DNA of 64,000 nucleotides from an uncultured Thermoplasmata archaeon (GTDB lineage Archaea; Thermoplasmatota; Thermoplasmata; Lutacidiplasmatales; UBA184): NCBI GenBank assembly GCA_963713145.1, contig CAVQKI010000005.1, positions 95,166 to 159,165 of the forward strand, read 5' to 3'. Shown piece by piece: positions 62,126 to 64,000 of this stretch (position 1 is its first letter; each line of letters starts with the position of its first letter). The notes under the pieces were generated by a model. It saw only the letters and a program-made list of their open reading frames with translations, ran no database searches and was not told where the DNA came from. The position numbers and the translations under genes were made by a program.

Positions 62126-62403
62126 GATTCTCTCGGAGCACTGCTAGCCCTCCATCTGCCCATACCAATTGGGGGGGTCGATAATCCACGCAATGTGAGC
62201 GGAATCTCCCTTCTCGGTTGTTCACATTCCCGCCGTATGTGGTCCGGGAATGTGGGACCGGACTGAGTCCTCCGCTTTCGGCCCTCGCCGTCCATCGGGA
62301 CGCTTGGGAGAATTCCGGAAGTGCTGTGATACGTCGCGCTACTTGTCGGAGCCCGCTTCGGAACTAGGCATTGAGGAACCGCGTGCCTGAAAGTTGTCGC
62401 CTC

Positions 62404-62949
62404 TTACGTCCGGGTCAGCACAGTTCTAGTCCAGCCAACGAGCAAATCCGAAGGCCCGGTTGATACAGCCAACCCCTTCGCGGCAGATTCTCGCATGATC
62501 GCGTCGTACACTTCAAGGGTGATGTAGTTCTGAGCGGGGAACCGGCCCGCGATAAAGATCATCGATGGACCGCCGCTTCCATGGCGGGTTATTCCGTGAG
62601 TGAGTTCCACACGGAGCGAGAATCGCGTCTCCACCCAAGGCAGGTGCCACGTCTTGCCGTTGGAACGCCAGAAAGTGACCCCCTGCCCATCCACGTCGAC
62701 ATAGTCATCACCCGGACCCGCGATCGCAATCAAGTAGACCCCAACAGCGACGAAGAACAGTGGAATCGCGACTGCCAGGCTCGACGTGACCGACCACCCG
62801 GCGAATCCACCTTGACGGACGTAGTATCCTGCGGTCGAATACGCAGCGAGGAATACGAAGAGGGATGCTGCTGCCACTCCCATCCATCGGAGTCCCCGCC
62901 TAGCTCGGAGTGCAGGCAACGACCGGAGATCCCTTAGATCGAACCGCAT
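62404..62949 (-). CDS. Membrane protein with two N-terminal TM helices and a C-terminal soluble domain. Unknown function.
   Basis: GVAAASLFVFLAAYSTAGYYV and LAVAIPLFFVAVGVYLIAIAG, then DYVDVDGQGVTFWRSNGKTWHLPWVETRFSLRVE. Confidence 0.4.
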   Translation of the reverse strand: MRFDLRDLRSLPALRARRGLRWMGVAAASLFVFLAAYSTAGYYVRQGGFAGWSVTSSLAVAIPLFFVAVGVYLIAIAGPGDDYVDVDGQGVTFWRSNGKTWHLPWVETRFSLRVELTHGITRHGSGGPSMIFIAGRFPAQNYITLEVYDAIMRESAAKGLAVSTGPSDLLVGWTRTVLTRT

Positions 62950-62955
62950 GTGCTG

Positions 62956-64000
62956 TCACCAAGGGCAAGGGAGATTAGCGTAGGAGGCAACGACCGAGTA
63001 GTCGATGAACCCCGCAGCGAAATCCATCCCGAAAACGATCTCGTCCTCAAGCGCAGCGCCACCCCCCAGCGCGATTGCATCTATAATCACGCTGTCGACG
63101 TCGAGGAGGAACGAAACGACGGCGGCGGCAACTGAGTGAATCGCGTTGGCGACACCAGCCATCAATAGCGCCATGAGGCCGAGCGCCGCTCCCCACGTGT
63201 CCGTCCATCCGGGTTTCGCGGGTGGCGTTGCGGCAGCAATCACGTTCGCTATTGCCACCGATGTAGTGCTTGTCGAAAGTATCCCCGAGAGAGAACTGAA
63301 GCTAGAGCTAGGTACCCGAACCACCCGTCGGAGCCACCAGCGTCGAGAGTTCAGTCACGATCGACCCACTAAAGGGACCATCACCCGCGAAGGCGGCCTT
63401 CTCGCTCGATCCTAGTGATTCAATTCCGCTGACGACAACTCCGATGATTAGTAGGGCGAGGAACGTCGTCCCAAGAGAGAACACATCAAGCGCGCCGAGA
63501 GCTATCGTGATGGCTGTGGCCCCAATCAGTACCACGGCCCAAAACGGCCACCAGGAGAAGTCCTGCCAGAATTTACTCGCGTTGTGGGCCGACACATCTC
63601 CCGCCAGGTTCGTGGTGTAAGTGGTCGCAATGCTGATGATGGGCTGGAAGGCTGGCTTCAGGATGTGCTGGACGAGCCAATTGATTGCGGCGTTTAATGC
63701 CCATAGCATTGCCGCTTCCACGGCCTGGAGGGCCCAACTTGCTGCGGCGGCCAATCCATGGGATACCGTGGTTAACGTCCCGGCGATTGCGCCATCGATG
63801 TAGGCCGTCGCCGCGATCGGCCTGGTCCAGAACACGGTAACGAGAGCGTTTGCGATTCCGGTAACCGTGTTCCAGACCTCAGAGAGGAAGTTGGTAAACC
63901 AGGAGGTGTACTGCTGATCCTGGGCAGAGTTGTCCTCCGGTCCGAAATATGTACCGTTGTTGAAGATCGTTGCATTGGCGAGAACACTCAACACGTTCTG
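62956..64000 (-). CDS. Large membrane/surface protein. Partial: the N-terminus lies beyond the window end. One frame change lies near 63315.
   Basis: Fragments 63308..63994 and 62956..63324 are collinear, rich in A/T/S/G/W with multiple hydrophobic helices. GC content is lower than the rest of the window. Confidence 0.4.

Overview
This is a GC-rich (about two thirds G+C) archaeal chromosomal segment with a conserved informational-gene core. Recognised core genes are aIF-5A, aIF-2alpha with Nop10, S27e with L44e, the L1-L10(P0)-L12(P1) cluster, L15e, Nop5 with fibrillarin, YchF and DRG GTPases, FtsY, prefoldin alpha, GINS51, aTrm56 and TrmJ-like methyltransferases, mevalonate kinase, PurF and a PduO-type adenosyltransferase. 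These are interleaved with accessory loci. Many clearly conserved or essential genes (P0, aIF2alpha, YchF, DRG, Nop5, PAC2, Amt, MFS and others) are each split by single-base frame changes. The raw ORF track therefore fragments them and shows long R-rich antisense ORFs; I rebuilt genes across these shifts, which look like indel artefacts rather than gene decay. Findings of note: (a) an intron-containing tRNA-Glu(CUC) with a T-loop (59/60) intron and encoded CCA; (b) a roughly 1000-aa Ile/Val/Leu-type class I aminoacyl-tRNA synthetase paralogue whose HIGH and KMSKS motifs are degenerate while the CP1 editing and anticodon-binding regions are kept; (c) an operon-like cluster of HerA/DUF87-type ATPase, KaiC-like ATPase, DUF835-like protein, Walker-A-degenerate KaiC-like protein and PAC2; (d) a roughly 40-nt AT-centred inverted-repeat motif in three intergenic copies about 2.1 kb apart; (e) a membrane protein built from about eight 33-aa tandem repeats ending in two TM helices and a Cys-rich zinc-ribbon tail; (f) a second DUF835 protein with an HhH motif and a roughly 450-aa Pro/Ala/Glu-rich linker; (g) a roughly 1500-aa coiled-coil protein; (h) roughly 74-bp tandem repeats followed by a lower-GC block of small and membrane proteins at the 3' end of the window. 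No rRNA, CRISPR array, integrase or transposase was found.
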